Shown: positions 21,280 to 31,420 of the stretch, piece after piece
Layout of the letters: the number at the start of each line of letters is the position of its first letter
Position numbering within the stretch: the first letter of the stretch is position 1
NCBI GenBank assembly: GCA_046045965.1
Contig: JBJOKS010000002.1
Coordinates: forward strand, 128,001-192,000
Source of the DNA: Cyanobacteriota bacterium
Lineage (GTDB): Bacteria; Cyanobacteriota; Cyanobacteriia; Cyanobacteriales; Nostocaceae
Direction of reading: 5' to 3'
DNA length: 64,000 nucleotides
Program-made: the position numbers and the translations under genes
The notes under the pieces: generated by a model
The model's database searches: none
Told to the model about the DNA's origin: nothing
The model's input: the letters and a program-made list of their open reading frames with translations, nothing else

Positions 21280-21711
21280 CTAGCGAAAGCGTGGTTTAGC
21301 AACAGGTTTGGGTATATTTCCACTTCTTTCTCTTGATCTTGGTGGGGGTATTCTTTCTTCCTGTTCTTCATCAAAAGACATCCCATCCCGACTTTGGGAA
21401 TTGTTGCCGTAGATGTCCAGGTATACTGATTGACCTGCCAACTCTGCTGCTGCTGCAATTACCGTGCGAATTGCCTGAATATTGCGTCCCCCCCGGCCAA
21501 AGACTTTTCCTTTGTCTGTAGGGTCAAAAGCGATGCGAATCCAAGCCCGTTTGAGGGTGTGAGACATTTCACAATCGACACTTAAAGACTCTGGAGATTC
21601 TAAAAACGGCTGCACAAGAAACTTCACCAGTCCAATATAGTTAGGACCGGCTGCTGGTAACTTCGTCTCAAGCTTATGATGCGGCGTTTGCACTGACTTG
21701 TTCAAAAACAT
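21280..21711 (-). CDS. khpA: KH-domain RNA-binding protein (KhpA-like)
   Basis: [17 protein letters not shown]; directly downstream of rpsP. Confidence 0.88.
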   Translation of the reverse strand: MFLNKSVQTPHHKLETKLPAAGPNYIGLVKFLVQPFLESPESLSVDCEMSHTLKRAWIRIAFDPTDKGKVFGRGGRNIQAIRTVIAAAAELAGQSVYLDIYGNNSQSRDGMSFDEEQEERIPPPRSRERSGNIPKPVAKPRFR

Positions 21712-21934
21712 TAGCTTTTACTAGGATGCGACGAACGGTGTCCGTAGGTTGAGCGCCCTGTTGTAGTCGCTTAACGATACCGGGAACATCCAATCTCACT
21801 TCATCAGTTCTGGGGTTGTAAAATCCTAGTTCTTCTAGGGGACGACCATCACGACGGGATAAGTCGTTAATAGCAATAATGCGGTAACTTGCTTCCCGCT
21901 TTTTACCAAATCGCTTCAAGCGCAGTTTGATCAT
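21674..21934 (-). CDS. rpsP: 30S ribosomal protein S16
   Basis: [13 protein letters not shown]...[14 protein letters not shown]. Confidence 0.98.
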   Translation of the reverse strand: MIKLRLKRFGKKREASYRIIAINDLSRRDGRPLEELGFYNPRTDEVRLDVPGIVKRLQQGAQPTDTVRRILVKANVFEQVSANAAS

Positions 21935-22011
21935 GTTGAGAACTTGTTCTCCTGTTTATTAGTCGGTAGTGATTTTGTGAATGAAATGATAATTGTAGCA
22001 CGGTTAGGAGT

Positions 22012-22157
22012 CAGGGAACAGGGAACAGGGAACAGGGAAAAGAAGGCAGGGGAGGCAGGGGAGGCAGGGGAGGCAGGGGAAGATTAATAATCTAATAATG
22101 CCCAGTCCCCAGTCCCCAGTCCCCAGTCCCCAGTCCCCAGTCCCCAGTCCCTAGTCC
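22012..22157. repeat. Compound STRR arrays (CAGGGAA)n, (GGCAGGGGA)n, (CCCAGTC)n
   Basis: Tandem repeats between ffh and rpsP. Confidence 0.9.
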
Positions 22158-23618
22158 CTAAAGCGTGCCAAAGCCTTTTTTCTTTTTCTCTTTCTTTTTC
22201 TTTTTCGCTGGTGGTGCGCCGCCGGGATAACCGCGCCAACCGGGTGCAGTGCGATTTCCTGCTGCTAGGGGGTTGCCACCGCCGCCAAACATTCCGGGCA
22301 TTCCGGGCATTCCGGGGAAATTGCCTTGTCCCATTTGCTGCATGAGCGATCGCATTTTTTGGAAATCTGCTACCAACTTACTCACGTCTGATTCTCTATA
22401 ACCTGAACCAGAAGCGATGCGTCGCCGACGACTGGGAGAACTGGCTAATAGTTCTGGATCTTTTCTTTCCTGCTTAGTCATGGAATTAATCATGGACTCA
22501 CAGCGTTTTAGCTGGGTTTCCCCTTGCTTTAACTGCTCATCGGAAAGTTTACCCATGCCGGGAATTAATTTCATGATCCCACCTAATGAACCCATGTTTT
22601 TCATTAGGCGTAGCTGTTTTAAGAAGTCTGTAAAATCAAACTTCGCTGACAGCATTTTCTCCTGCATTTTCTCAGCGTCGGCGATGTCGATTTCTTCCTG
22701 GGCTTTTTCAACCAAGGTAAGAACATCACCCATGCCTAAAATCCGCGAAGCCATGCGGTCAGGATAAAACGGTTGCAGCGCCTCGACTTTTTCACCCACA
22801 CCGATAAATTTAATCGGCGCACCGGAAATTTGCCGCACTGACAAAGCCGCACCACCCCGGCTATCACCGTCCATTTTGGTGAGAATAGCCCCAGTTATAC
22901 CGATTTGTTCATGGAAAGTACGGGTAAGATTTGCTGCTTCTTGCCCCGTCATGGCATCCACAACTAACAGGGTTTCGTCTGGTGCGATAGTTGACTTGAT
23001 GCTGGCTAATTCCGCCATCATGTCTTGGTCAATTTGCAAGCGTCCAGCAGTATCAACAATAACTGTATTAATACCTTCTGCCTTGGCGCGTTCCACACCT
23101 TGACGGGCGATTTCTACGGGGTCGGCATCACTACCCATCTCAAACACGGGTACGTTAATTTGCTTACCCAGTGTAATTAACTGATCAATAGCTGCGGGAC
23201 GATATACGTCAGTAGCTACTAATAAACAACTACGATCTAATTTTCTTAAATGTAAAGCTAATTTAGCAGTAGCGGTGGTTTTACCAGTACCCTGTAAACC
23301 CGCCATTAGCACAACGGTAGTTTTATCCTTAACTTCTGCCAGGGGAACATTTTCTTCCCCCATCACCTGTACCAGTTCATCGTAAACAATTTTGATAAAC
23401 TGTTGATCAGGACGTACACCAGCTATGACCTCGGCTCCCTGAGCTTTGGTTTCGACTTCAGCTATAAAATCTTTAACTACCTGGAGGTTAACATCTGCTT
23501 CCAATAAAGCGCGACGCACTTCGCGCAAAGCGTCTTGAATGTTGGATTGAGAAATTTTATCTTGTCCCCGCAGTTTTTTCCAGGCAGATTCTAAACGGTC
23601 AGATAGTGCATCAAACAT
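22158..23618 (-). CDS. ffh: Signal recognition particle protein Ffh
   Basis: GLQGTGKTT, DTAGR, TKMD and Met-rich M domain. Confidence 0.98.
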   Translation of the reverse strand: MFDALSDRLESAWKKLRGQDKISQSNIQDALREVRRALLEADVNLQVVKDFIAEVETKAQGAEVIAGVRPDQQFIKIVYDELVQVMGEENVPLAEVKDKTTVVLMAGLQGTGKTTATAKLALHLRKLDRSCLLVATDVYRPAAIDQLITLGKQINVPVFEMGSDADPVEIARQGVERAKAEGINTVIVDTAGRLQIDQDMMAELASIKSTIAPDETLLVVDAMTGQEAANLTRTFHEQIGITGAILTKMDGDSRGGAALSVRQISGAPIKFIGVGEKVEALQPFYPDRMASRILGMGDVLTLVEKAQEEIDIADAEKMQEKMLSAKFDFTDFLKQLRLMKNMGSLGGIMKLIPGMGKLSDEQLKQGETQLKRCESMINSMTKQERKDPELLASSPSRRRRIASGSGYRESDVSKLVADFQKMRSLMQQMGQGNFPGMPGMPGMFGGGGNPLAAGNRTAPGWRGYPGGAPPAKKKKKEKKKKGFGTL

Positions 23619-23938
23619 AATGTAATTACAATGTACGTGAGTCGGTGTGAAAGTTTGAACCGCTGGTTTTGCGCTCCAGGCAGAATTTTCGGTAAAGTTT
23701 TAAGTTTCCATATTACCAGCTTAGTAGGTTTTATCCCAGGTGTGGCAACAGGATGAGTGATTATGTGATGCGGAAGTGAAGAATAAGGGTGTGGGGTTTG
23801 GGATGTAGGGTGTAGATTTAATCGCATGATTATTAAAATAATCTTTTCATAAACGATATAAAAACAAATCTCCAGTAATATTGATGATTTGAAATTAAGT
23901 CTAATTTTCTACCTTGAACTGCAAGAGGATTGATTTTT

Positions 23939-24421
23939 ATGTCTGCATCTATAAAAAATCAAGCTTATATTGCTGCTTTGTGGGAACAACCAACTTTATG
24001 CCTAGCATTCTTTGGTGTGCAGTTTCAGACTGAAGAAGGTCAAAAACTGTATAATGATTCGGGTATCCAGGAAGAAATTTTACCAGCTTTAGCTGCGGCT
24101 GAATCTGAAGGGTTGTTGCTCAACCGGGAGATGATGACTAAAGAGGGTCCGGTGATTATGCAATATTGGAGATCCCACGAAGAGTTAAATCAATGGTCGC
24201 ATAAACTTCCCCATACTCGCTGGTGGCAATGGTTAGTAGATAATACTGATAAGGGTGTTTGCTTTTATCACGAAATTTATCAGGTAAAAACCGCAGAAGC
24301 AATTTATGAACCTGGTACTCAACCTGTTGGACCGGCGGTGTTTTGTTCTTTGTATCCTGTGAAGACTGGGGAAGGAAAGTCAAAACAGCGTCAGCAAAAA
24401 TTTACGGAAGCTGCAAATTAG
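23939..24421 (+). CDS. DUF4188/monooxygenase-like protein
   Basis: QYWRS.E.L..W...PH..WW and FYHEIY motifs. Confidence 0.7.
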   Translation: MSASIKNQAYIAALWEQPTLCLAFFGVQFQTEEGQKLYNDSGIQEEILPALAAAESEGLLLNREMMTKEGPVIMQYWRSHEELNQWSHKLPHTRWWQWLVDNTDKGVCFYHEIYQVKTAEAIYEPGTQPVGPAVFCSLYPVKTGEGKSKQRQQKFTEAAN

Positions 24422-24475
24422 ATTGAGTAAGGAAAGCAAAATAGGCGTTAAAATCGATCCAGCCTTTGTATTTTA

Positions 24476-26191
24476 GTGGTTTTGTCCCAGATAAATCAGA
24501 GTGCGGTTCACTGCATAAATCCTCACTGTCAACGTCCTTATCCCCAACCTTGGGGAAACAAATTTTGTAACAGCTGTGGCAGTCAGTTACAGTTGGTAGA
24601 CCGCTATTGGCCACTTCAACCTTTAGGTTCGGGCGGTTTTGCCCAAATTTATACGGTTTGGGATGTCAAAACTCAAACTGAAAAGGTGCTGAAAGTGTTG
24701 GTGGAAAACTCTCCCAAAGCTTTGGAATTATTTATCCAAGAAGCGGAGGTTTTAAGTAATTTCCGAAATCCTGGTGTTCCTAAAGTGGATGCTGATGGGT
24801 ATTTTCAAATCAATTTGACTAACCCTAAACCACACCAGTTGGCCTGTCTGGTGATGGAAAAAATTGATGGCCATAATTTAGAGGAAATTCGCAAAAAGTA
24901 TCCTCAAGGATGTCCAGAAGATTTGGTGTTAAATTGGTTTTCCCAATCTGTAAAAATTTTACAGGAATTACACAAACGCCACATTATTCATCGAGATATT
25001 AAACCTTCTAATTTAATGTTGCGTAGTCCTGCACCTAACGCACCTTTTAAAGTACAACAATTGGTGTTAATTGATTTTGGTGGGGCTAAACAGTTTAGTG
25101 GGGGAATATTACGATCACATTCTTCTTCTACCCGATTATTTTCTTCGGGTTACAGTCCACCAGAACAAATCATTGGTGGTAATGTTGGTCCTGCGGCTGA
25201 TTTTTATGCTTTGGGACGAACAATGATTGAATTACTCACAGGTAAATATCCGCAAGAATTGGAAGATCCGATTACTGGGGAATTAAGCTGGCGTAAGTGG
25301 TGTAATGTTAATATTCAACTAGCAGATTTACTAGATGAAATGATACAGGCGGATGTGCGATCGCGTCCAGCCCATGCAGCTATTATTCAAAAACGTTTAT
25401 TAGCAATTAATTCTGTAAAATCCAAAAAATTACAAAAATCACAACCAGGGTTTTTTACCCAAATTAAAAATACTATCATTCATGGTATTACAGAATTTAC
25501 CCAAGCTGTAGGTAATACAACTTTATTTACAGTGCAAGCAATTTTCAAATTTTTGAAAGCTTGTCTGGCTACAATTTGGGCGATAATTTTAAGTTTTATT
25601 GGTGCGAGTGTGGGGACTATTGGTGGTTTTTTTCTGGCTTATCAAACTAAATTAGGTGCTTTTGTTGCAGAATTTATATTACGTCAATTACCAGAATTAA
25701 TCCCCAATTTTACACCTACAAATCCCAAGGAAATTATCATCTATGCTGTTGCTGGTTTAGGGACTGCTTGGGGAATTACTTTATCTGGAAGTTTTGGACA
25801 AAAACGACGTTTTTTAAGTTCAGCAATGATGGGTTTAATAGGCTATAGTTCAGGTTGGATAACTTGGCAATTTATTAAACCACAGGATAGTCCCGAAGGA
25901 TTAATTGCTTGGATGTTAATATCAATTTCTCTACTGACTTTGGGTTTAGGTCTGCGTAGCCATTACCTAGCTTACGCTTTTATAGCTGCTTTTGGTAGTG
26001 CTAATATTGTCGCAGGTTTAATTCATTTAGGAATAAAAATTTCATTGGTTCATTTTTCCGATCCACCAAATTGGGTAGAGTTATTACAACATATAGCTTT
26101 TTTGGGTTTTATTGGTATTTTAATTAGTCTTTGTTTAGGGTTGAGTCATTACATTATTGTTCCCTGTTTACGTTGGTTAGGATGGAGATAA
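24476..26191 (+). CDS. Membrane Ser/Thr protein kinase
   Basis: CINPHC prefix, GSGGFA, HRDIKPSN, DFG; multi-TM C-terminus. Confidence 0.93.
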   Translation: MVLSQINQSAVHCINPHCQRPYPQPWGNKFCNSCGSQLQLVDRYWPLQPLGSGGFAQIYTVWDVKTQTEKVLKVLVENSPKALELFIQEAEVLSNFRNPGVPKVDADGYFQINLTNPKPHQLACLVMEKIDGHNLEEIRKKYPQGCPEDLVLNWFSQSVKILQELHKRHIIHRDIKPSNLMLRSPAPNAPFKVQQLVLIDFGGAKQFSGGILRSHSSSTRLFSSGYSPPEQIIGGNVGPAADFYALGRTMIELLTGKYPQELEDPITGELSWRKWCNVNIQLADLLDEMIQADVRSRPAHAAIIQKRLLAINSVKSKKLQKSQPGFFTQIKNTIIHGITEFTQAVGNTTLFTVQAIFKFLKACLATIWAIILSFIGASVGTIGGFFLAYQTKLGAFVAEFILRQLPELIPNFTPTNPKEIIIYAVAGLGTAWGITLSGSFGQKRRFLSSAMMGLIGYSSGWITWQFIKPQDSPEGLIAWMLISISLLTLGLGLRSHYLAYAFIAAFGSANIVAGLIHLGIKISLVHFSDPPNWVELLQHIAFLGFIGILISLCLGLSHYIIVPCLRWLGWR

Positions 26192-26436
26192 TTGACAATT
26201 GATAATTATGGTATTTTTCAGGTAAATTAACCAAGTTTTCAATTTTTTTAATGTCTCTCGCAATTTCCGCCAGGAGATCCCGCAGGGTAGGAACAAAAAA
26301 GCAAAGGTGTCGTTATAAGTGAAAAATGCCGTTAATATATAAAAATTTACAAATAATCTCTCAGTTGTAAGGTAGACTATCCAAAACTATGGTATTTTTA
26401 CTTAAAAAAGTTATAGTAATTTACCAATAATCAATC

Positions 26437-28000
26437 ATGATCATAGAATTTTCTACCATCACTTCTGCTATTAGTAAAGTTGCTCCTCAAGCAAGTCAAC
26501 TACTAATTAAACACGCGCAAAGAAACGAAGCTTGTAATCAAAGTTTTACAGGAATTAAAACTCAATCCAACAGAAATTCCTGATGATATTGATGGAGTTT
26601 ATGCTTATAGCTTGGTTAGATATGGGATATTTAAACATTCAGCCATATTAAACCTGTTTAGAGAAAAGCCAATAAAAGATTATTTTTGGGATGCTTACAG
26701 TAATAATGCCCCGTTTCAGTTTGTAGAAAATGCCAAAAAATACTTGAATTTAAATAGTGAATTAAAGACACAAGTAATTAATAGTAAAATTAATTTTTTA
26801 GCAGAGTTAGAAGAATTTGGTGAGGCTTTTATTGCTGTTGCCAAACAAACCAAGAACGAAAAATATCAACCTTATCCAGATTGGGATTTAGATATTTATC
26901 CTAAAGAATTTAAAGCCTTAATTTTTGAAAAGACTCGCTTATTTTGCGGTCGTGATTTTGTATTTAAAGCTATCAATCAATTTTTCACAACTCAACCCAA
27001 AGGTTATTTTACAGTGATTGGGGATGCAGGGATGGGAAAAAGTGCGATCGCATCCAAATACGTTTTAGCTACTAAATTTCTTTGTTATTTTAATATCTTT
27101 GCAGAAGGACGCAACAAACCAGAGAAATTTTTAGCTAGTATGCGTCAACAATTAATCAAACGCTACTCTTTACAAAATGCAGAAACCGCAGATTTAAGGA
27201 CTTTATTAGAAAAAGTCAGTGAAAAAGGACAAAGATTAGTCATTGTTGTTGATGCACTAGATGAAGTAGAACAAGAAGGAAATGGTAATCTTTTAGATTT
27301 ACCCCAAAACCTGCCTAACGGCATTTATTTTTTACTAACCAGAAGACCTTATAATCAAGAAACCAAACGTTTAACAGTTTCTCCTGATACTCCTGTTAGT
27401 GAATTGGATTTAACCAAAGGTGATTATACAGCTTTGAGTCAGGAAGATATCAAAGAATATCTGCACTTATTTTTAAACAACGACAAAAAACTGAGAAATT
27501 GGATTAATGAACGTCATATTTCTGAGGAAAGTTTTGTGGAACAAATAGCGGTCAAGAGTGAGAATAATTTTATCTATTTACGTTATCTTTTACCAGGAAT
27601 ATCTGAAGGTAAATATAACGATTTAACTTTACAGGGATTACTCCAAGGATTACAGGATTATTATACAACCCATTGGACACGCATGGGCATGGATAAAGAA
27701 TCTAATGAAAAGAAAGTGAAAATACTTTATATCTTGGTAGAAAGAGGTGAAGCAATTTCTAGTGAAATGATTGCGGATATTCTCGATGAAGATGAATATG
27801 ATGTGAAAGACGTTTTAAATGATTGGATAGAATATGTGACACCGAAAGTAAATTTAAAGGAACAGAAAACTTACTATAGTATTTATCATCGCAGTTTTTT
27901 AGAATTTCTTAAAGGTCAGGATAAATTAGGCAAAGGAAGGAAACTGTTTAGGGAAGTTAATAAGAGTATGGCTGATTATATGCTCAAGGAGATGGAATAA
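26437..28000 (+). pseudogene. STAND/NACHT-like ATPase with an apparent +1 frameshift near 26533
   Basis: The ATG 26437 frame stops at 26583. Removing one T at 26532-26533 joins it to the long ORF (FCGR, GDAGMGKS, VVDALDE, YHRSF). Confidence 0.75.
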
Positions 28001-28001
28001 A

Positions 28002-28649
28002 ATGGATTTCTCAGCTTTGTACCAATGGATTATTAATTTACAAATTGCAAAAATAGCACCAGTTATAGGAATAGTTATAGCGGTCATAGTGAATTTTCCA
28101 AAAATTTACGCTATGGTGAGAGGAGTAATTGTTAAAATTGAAATTAAACAGTTTACTCTTGTCGAAAGAGAACCCGGCTTAGTGGATTTTCAACTTAATT
28201 TATGTATGCACGCCTTATATGGAAAGGTAGTCGTTAAAGGAATTTATTTGGTAAATAAACACAAGTTTCATTTACTATACAATGAGTCAATTTGCTTATA
28301 TAATGAACCAGATAACAATACACCAAGTAATAAGGCAATAATAAAACTTGCTATGCCTATGATTGACTTTGAGTTTACTCAATTTGTAGAGGATAAATTT
28401 AAAGAGTTACTTTGCAAAAAATTGGAACAGTCTCAAGTGAATGTTCTCGGATTTGAAATTCTTGAAAATTCATTCAAGTGTTTAACAATGGCTGGTAGAT
28501 TAAAAGGAAAACTTGATGGCATATATTTTTCAAATATTTCTTTGGAAAATTGGAGTGTCCTGGTGGAATATGGTACTGATAAATGGACACGCACCACCAA
28601 GACAGAACTTATGTCTTCGATTATTGACAATGAGAAAACTATTTATTAA
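28002..28649 (+). CDS. Hypothetical protein with N-terminal TM helix
   Basis: 215 aa ORF starting 1 nt after the ATPase stop; hydrophobic residues ~15-32. Confidence 0.6.
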   Translation: MDFSALYQWIINLQIAKIAPVIGIVIAVIVNFPKIYAMVRGVIVKIEIKQFTLVEREPGLVDFQLNLCMHALYGKVVVKGIYLVNKHKFHLLYNESICLYNEPDNNTPSNKAIIKLAMPMIDFEFTQFVEDKFKELLCKKLEQSQVNVLGFEILENSFKCLTMAGRLKGKLDGIYFSNISLENWSVLVEYGTDKWTRTTKTELMSSIIDNEKTIY

Positions 28650-29347
28650 CTATCAATACCTCCGTTTAATGATTCCAGTCGTAATAGCCATGAATTAAAA
28701 TGAGGACATTTATCCCGAATTACTTCTAATCCAATTGATTCAGCTAATAGTGAGCCAACAGTAGATTTTGCTCTTTCATAATCAGGAAATTGGGCAATAA
28801 TACGTTTACTGGGGGCTGTTTCCTTGCTATCATTAATCAACTCAGGGGTTTCATAGCTATCAGAAATAGTCTTGAGAATTACAACCTTATCTGAGCAATT
28901 ATCATAAAAGGACTCAAAACAAGTTGGATCAGAAAAAAGATAAGCCTCGTATTCATGCAATTGAATGTACGGTATGAATCGAGGATCATCAATATCATCA
29001 GCAAAGCTTTTCTCCAAAAACTCGACTCGTTTGATGGGATTTTGGCGCATAATTTCAGATGCTGCTAATCCCGGTAAATTATGATGAATTGCATACAAAT
29101 CAATCATGGTAGTAAAAAATACATTAGTTCCTTTCTCCTGCTTGAGAAAACGCAAAATGTCGTCCCTCATGGGCTGATAGTCACCATAACCGCTACCACC
29201 ACGATGAGCCTTTCCCTTTTTTCTTGCGTGAGCAATTAATATAATCTTGTCCAAAAAAACACCGTATTTAGCAAGGTGTGGTTTCAGGATGCTATCAGCA
29301 AATGTTTGTTCAGTTGGTCCTTCAGCAAATAAATAGAGTCGTATCAT
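28646..29347 (-). CDS. DUF4276-family protein (TOPRIM/RloB-like)
   Basis: EGPTE, TTMIDLY, HEYEA, PSKRI and CPHF..W motifs; ATG overlaps the upstream TAA (TAATG). Confidence 0.85.
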   Translation of the reverse strand: MIRLYLFAEGPTEQTFADSILKPHLAKYGVFLDKIILIAHARKKGKAHRGGSGYGDYQPMRDDILRFLKQEKGTNVFFTTMIDLYAIHHNLPGLAASEIMRQNPIKRVEFLEKSFADDIDDPRFIPYIQLHEYEAYLFSDPTCFESFYDNCSDKVVILKTISDSYETPELINDSKETAPSKRIIAQFPDYERAKSTVGSLLAESIGLEVIRDKCPHFNSWLLRLESLNGGIDS

Positions 29348-30444
29348 TAGTGTGGACCTCCACCAAGGATATTTTTTTCCCACATTTCTCCCAAACTATA
29401 TTCTTCTAACCAAGCTTCTAATTCTTCGGGATTTAACCGCTTAAATTGCGACTCCTTACCCACTCTATCTACTGTAATTACATCTTCAGCATTAAAGTTA
29501 TCTAAGAAAGAACTAGATTGGGTGCTGATGAGAATTTGTGTATGATAGGAAGCCTTACCAAACATCGCAGCTACAACATTGAGCGCATAGGGATGAAGAC
29601 CCAGTTCCGGTTCATCAACAATTATTAGTTCTGGAAGTTCTGTTTCTGGCTGCAAAAGCAACGTAGTCAGGCAGATAGCTCGCAAAGTACCGTCCGAAAA
29701 TTGGTGTGGACCAAATACTTGATCTGAGCCTTTTTCTCGCCAATTGAGAATGATATTAGTCCCTCTACGCTCAAGGACAAAATCATCAAAAAATGGGGCA
29801 ATCAAACGGATAGTTTTAATAATACGCTGATAAACTGTATTATTATCGTCGCGGAATCGGAGGAGTAATGCGGCTAAATTTCCCGCATCAGGTTTTAACT
29901 GAAGATTGTCATCAACATAACCGGCTAGACGAACTGCGGCAGTAGAAGACGTATCATGAAAGTGGTAAACATGGCAATACTTGAGCAAATGTTTGATAGT
30001 GTTGGCAATTGTTGGCGTACCTTCTTGTGCTGCTTTGTTGATTTTTGTTTCCTGATGTCCTGCACCGAATGAGTAAGTGGTTGAGGGTTGAGGTAGGTGT
30101 GAGCCGTTTCGCGTCCCTGTTTCTTCAGCAAATATCAAAGTATCACCTGCCGCATGAACTAGACAGATTTTATAGATAATATCCCCTTTGTCAATCTTGA
30201 ACTCTAGTTTTGCTTCTATTTCCCGTGTTACCTTCGGTCCAAAGTGCAATAGGGATTGAGCATAACCCGATATGCCGATATATTCTTGAAGTCGTTCGGC
30301 CATCATCTCATTCAGCATCTTGAAAAAGGAGATCAGATTGCTCTTACCTGCTCCATTAGCTCCAATCAATATGTTTAAGGGACGCAACTCAAGATCCATT
30401 GTCTTAATGGACTTGAAGCCCTTGATCATTAGTCGCTGTAGCAT
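29347..30444 (-). CDS. AAA_21/ABC-type ATPase
   Basis: GFKSI, GANGAGKSN, FSDGT, IVDEPELGLHP, STQS, LGEMW..N.LGG. Confidence 0.92.
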   Translation of the reverse strand: MLQRLMIKGFKSIKTMDLELRPLNILIGANGAGKSNLISFFKMLNEMMAERLQEYIGISGYAQSLLHFGPKVTREIEAKLEFKIDKGDIIYKICLVHAAGDTLIFAEETGTRNGSHLPQPSTTYSFGAGHQETKINKAAQEGTPTIANTIKHLLKYCHVYHFHDTSSTAAVRLAGYVDDNLQLKPDAGNLAALLLRFRDDNNTVYQRIIKTIRLIAPFFDDFVLERRGTNIILNWREKGSDQVFGPHQFSDGTLRAICLTTLLLQPETELPELIIVDEPELGLHPYALNVVAAMFGKASYHTQILISTQSSSFLDNFNAEDVITVDRVGKESQFKRLNPEELEAWLEEYSLGEMWEKNILGGGPH

Positions 30445-30515
30445 GACAAACAATTAGTTCTTATACAAAATAATTATAATATATGTAATCTCTCTGTACA
30501 GGATAAAAAATTAAA

Positions 30516-30584
30516 AAATTACGCAAAGTGCTGTATTGACGGTTGAGATTTTGATAATTTAATTGAAGAGATAGATAGTTTTGG
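30516..30584 (+). pseudogene. DUF29 gene fragment
   Basis: Near-duplicate of 30976-31044 (TATTGACGGTT.AGATTTTGATAATTTAATTGA.GAGATAGA.AGTTT). Confidence 0.75.
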
Positions 30585-30632
30585 AGATTGGAATAAAAAG
30601 GTAAATAATGAATGGTTTTCTATTAACTGGAG

Positions 30633-30839
30633 ATGATGAAAATGACACTGATTGAATTACGTACAAAAGGTTATCAAGCCTTAGTTAAAGAGTTAGGATT
30701 AATTGACACAATACGCTTTTTACAAGAAATGGGTTGGGGTTCTGGTGACTATACAAAAGAAGGCAAAAAGTCTCTAAAAAATGTAACAAGAGGAGAATTT
30801 TGACAAGATATTGAAGAAATTACAAAGGAGAAAATTTGA
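30633..30839 (+). pseudogene. Small antitoxin-like gene with probable premature TGA at 30801
   Basis: MMKMTLIELRTKGYQALVKELGLIDTIRFLQEMGWGSGDYTKE...GEF*QDIEEITKEKI*. Resembles small partners of PIN toxins from memory. Confidence 0.5.
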
Positions 30840-30903
30840 ATTTATCATAATAGTAAATAAAGTTATATAATGTTTAATAACATAACAATTAAGAGGCGGA
30901 AAA

Positions 30904-31353
30904 ATGACACAGATACAACCAGAAGTATCCTTATATGAACAAGATTACTTACTCTGGATAGAAGATATAGTTAACAAATTACGTAATAGGGATATTGACG
31001 GTTTAGATTTTGATAATTTAATTGAGGAGATAGACAGTTTGGGACGTTCAGATAAACGTGAGTTAGAAAGTAGACTCAGAGAACTTTTAGAGCATATTCT
31101 CAAGCGCAAATATGTGGATATGCCTGATTGTTCTCGTGGTTGGGTAGAATCTATTAACAAGCAAAGGATTGGAATTAGAAAATTACTCAAAGATTCACCA
31201 AGTCTCAAGCCCTATTTTAGCACAGTATTTGATGAAGTTTATGCGGATACTCTCAAAATCGTATCTATGAGTTATCCACAGTGTGAATTTCCTGATAAAT
31301 GGCCATTTAGTTGTGATATTGATGCAATGCTAAATGTGGATTTTTGGGAATAA
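30904..31353 (+). CDS. DUF29-family protein
   Basis: LYEQDYLLW, LDFDNLIEEI..LGRS, HILK, SPSLK, FP..WPF. Confidence 0.93.
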   Translation: MTQIQPEVSLYEQDYLLWIEDIVNKLRNRDIDGLDFDNLIEEIDSLGRSDKRELESRLRELLEHILKRKYVDMPDCSRGWVESINKQRIGIRKLLKDSPSLKPYFSTVFDEVYADTLKIVSMSYPQCEFPDKWPFSCDIDAMLNVDFWE

Positions 31354-31420
31354 TTAAATAATATACCAGATCCTCGACTTCTTAAATAATTCGGGGATCT
31401 AAATCAGGAGGTGTCATAAA

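Noticed and set aside
21674..21711. rpsP/khpA overlap as an anomaly
   Set aside because: rpsP-khpA adjacency is common, and the overlap depends on the start chosen.
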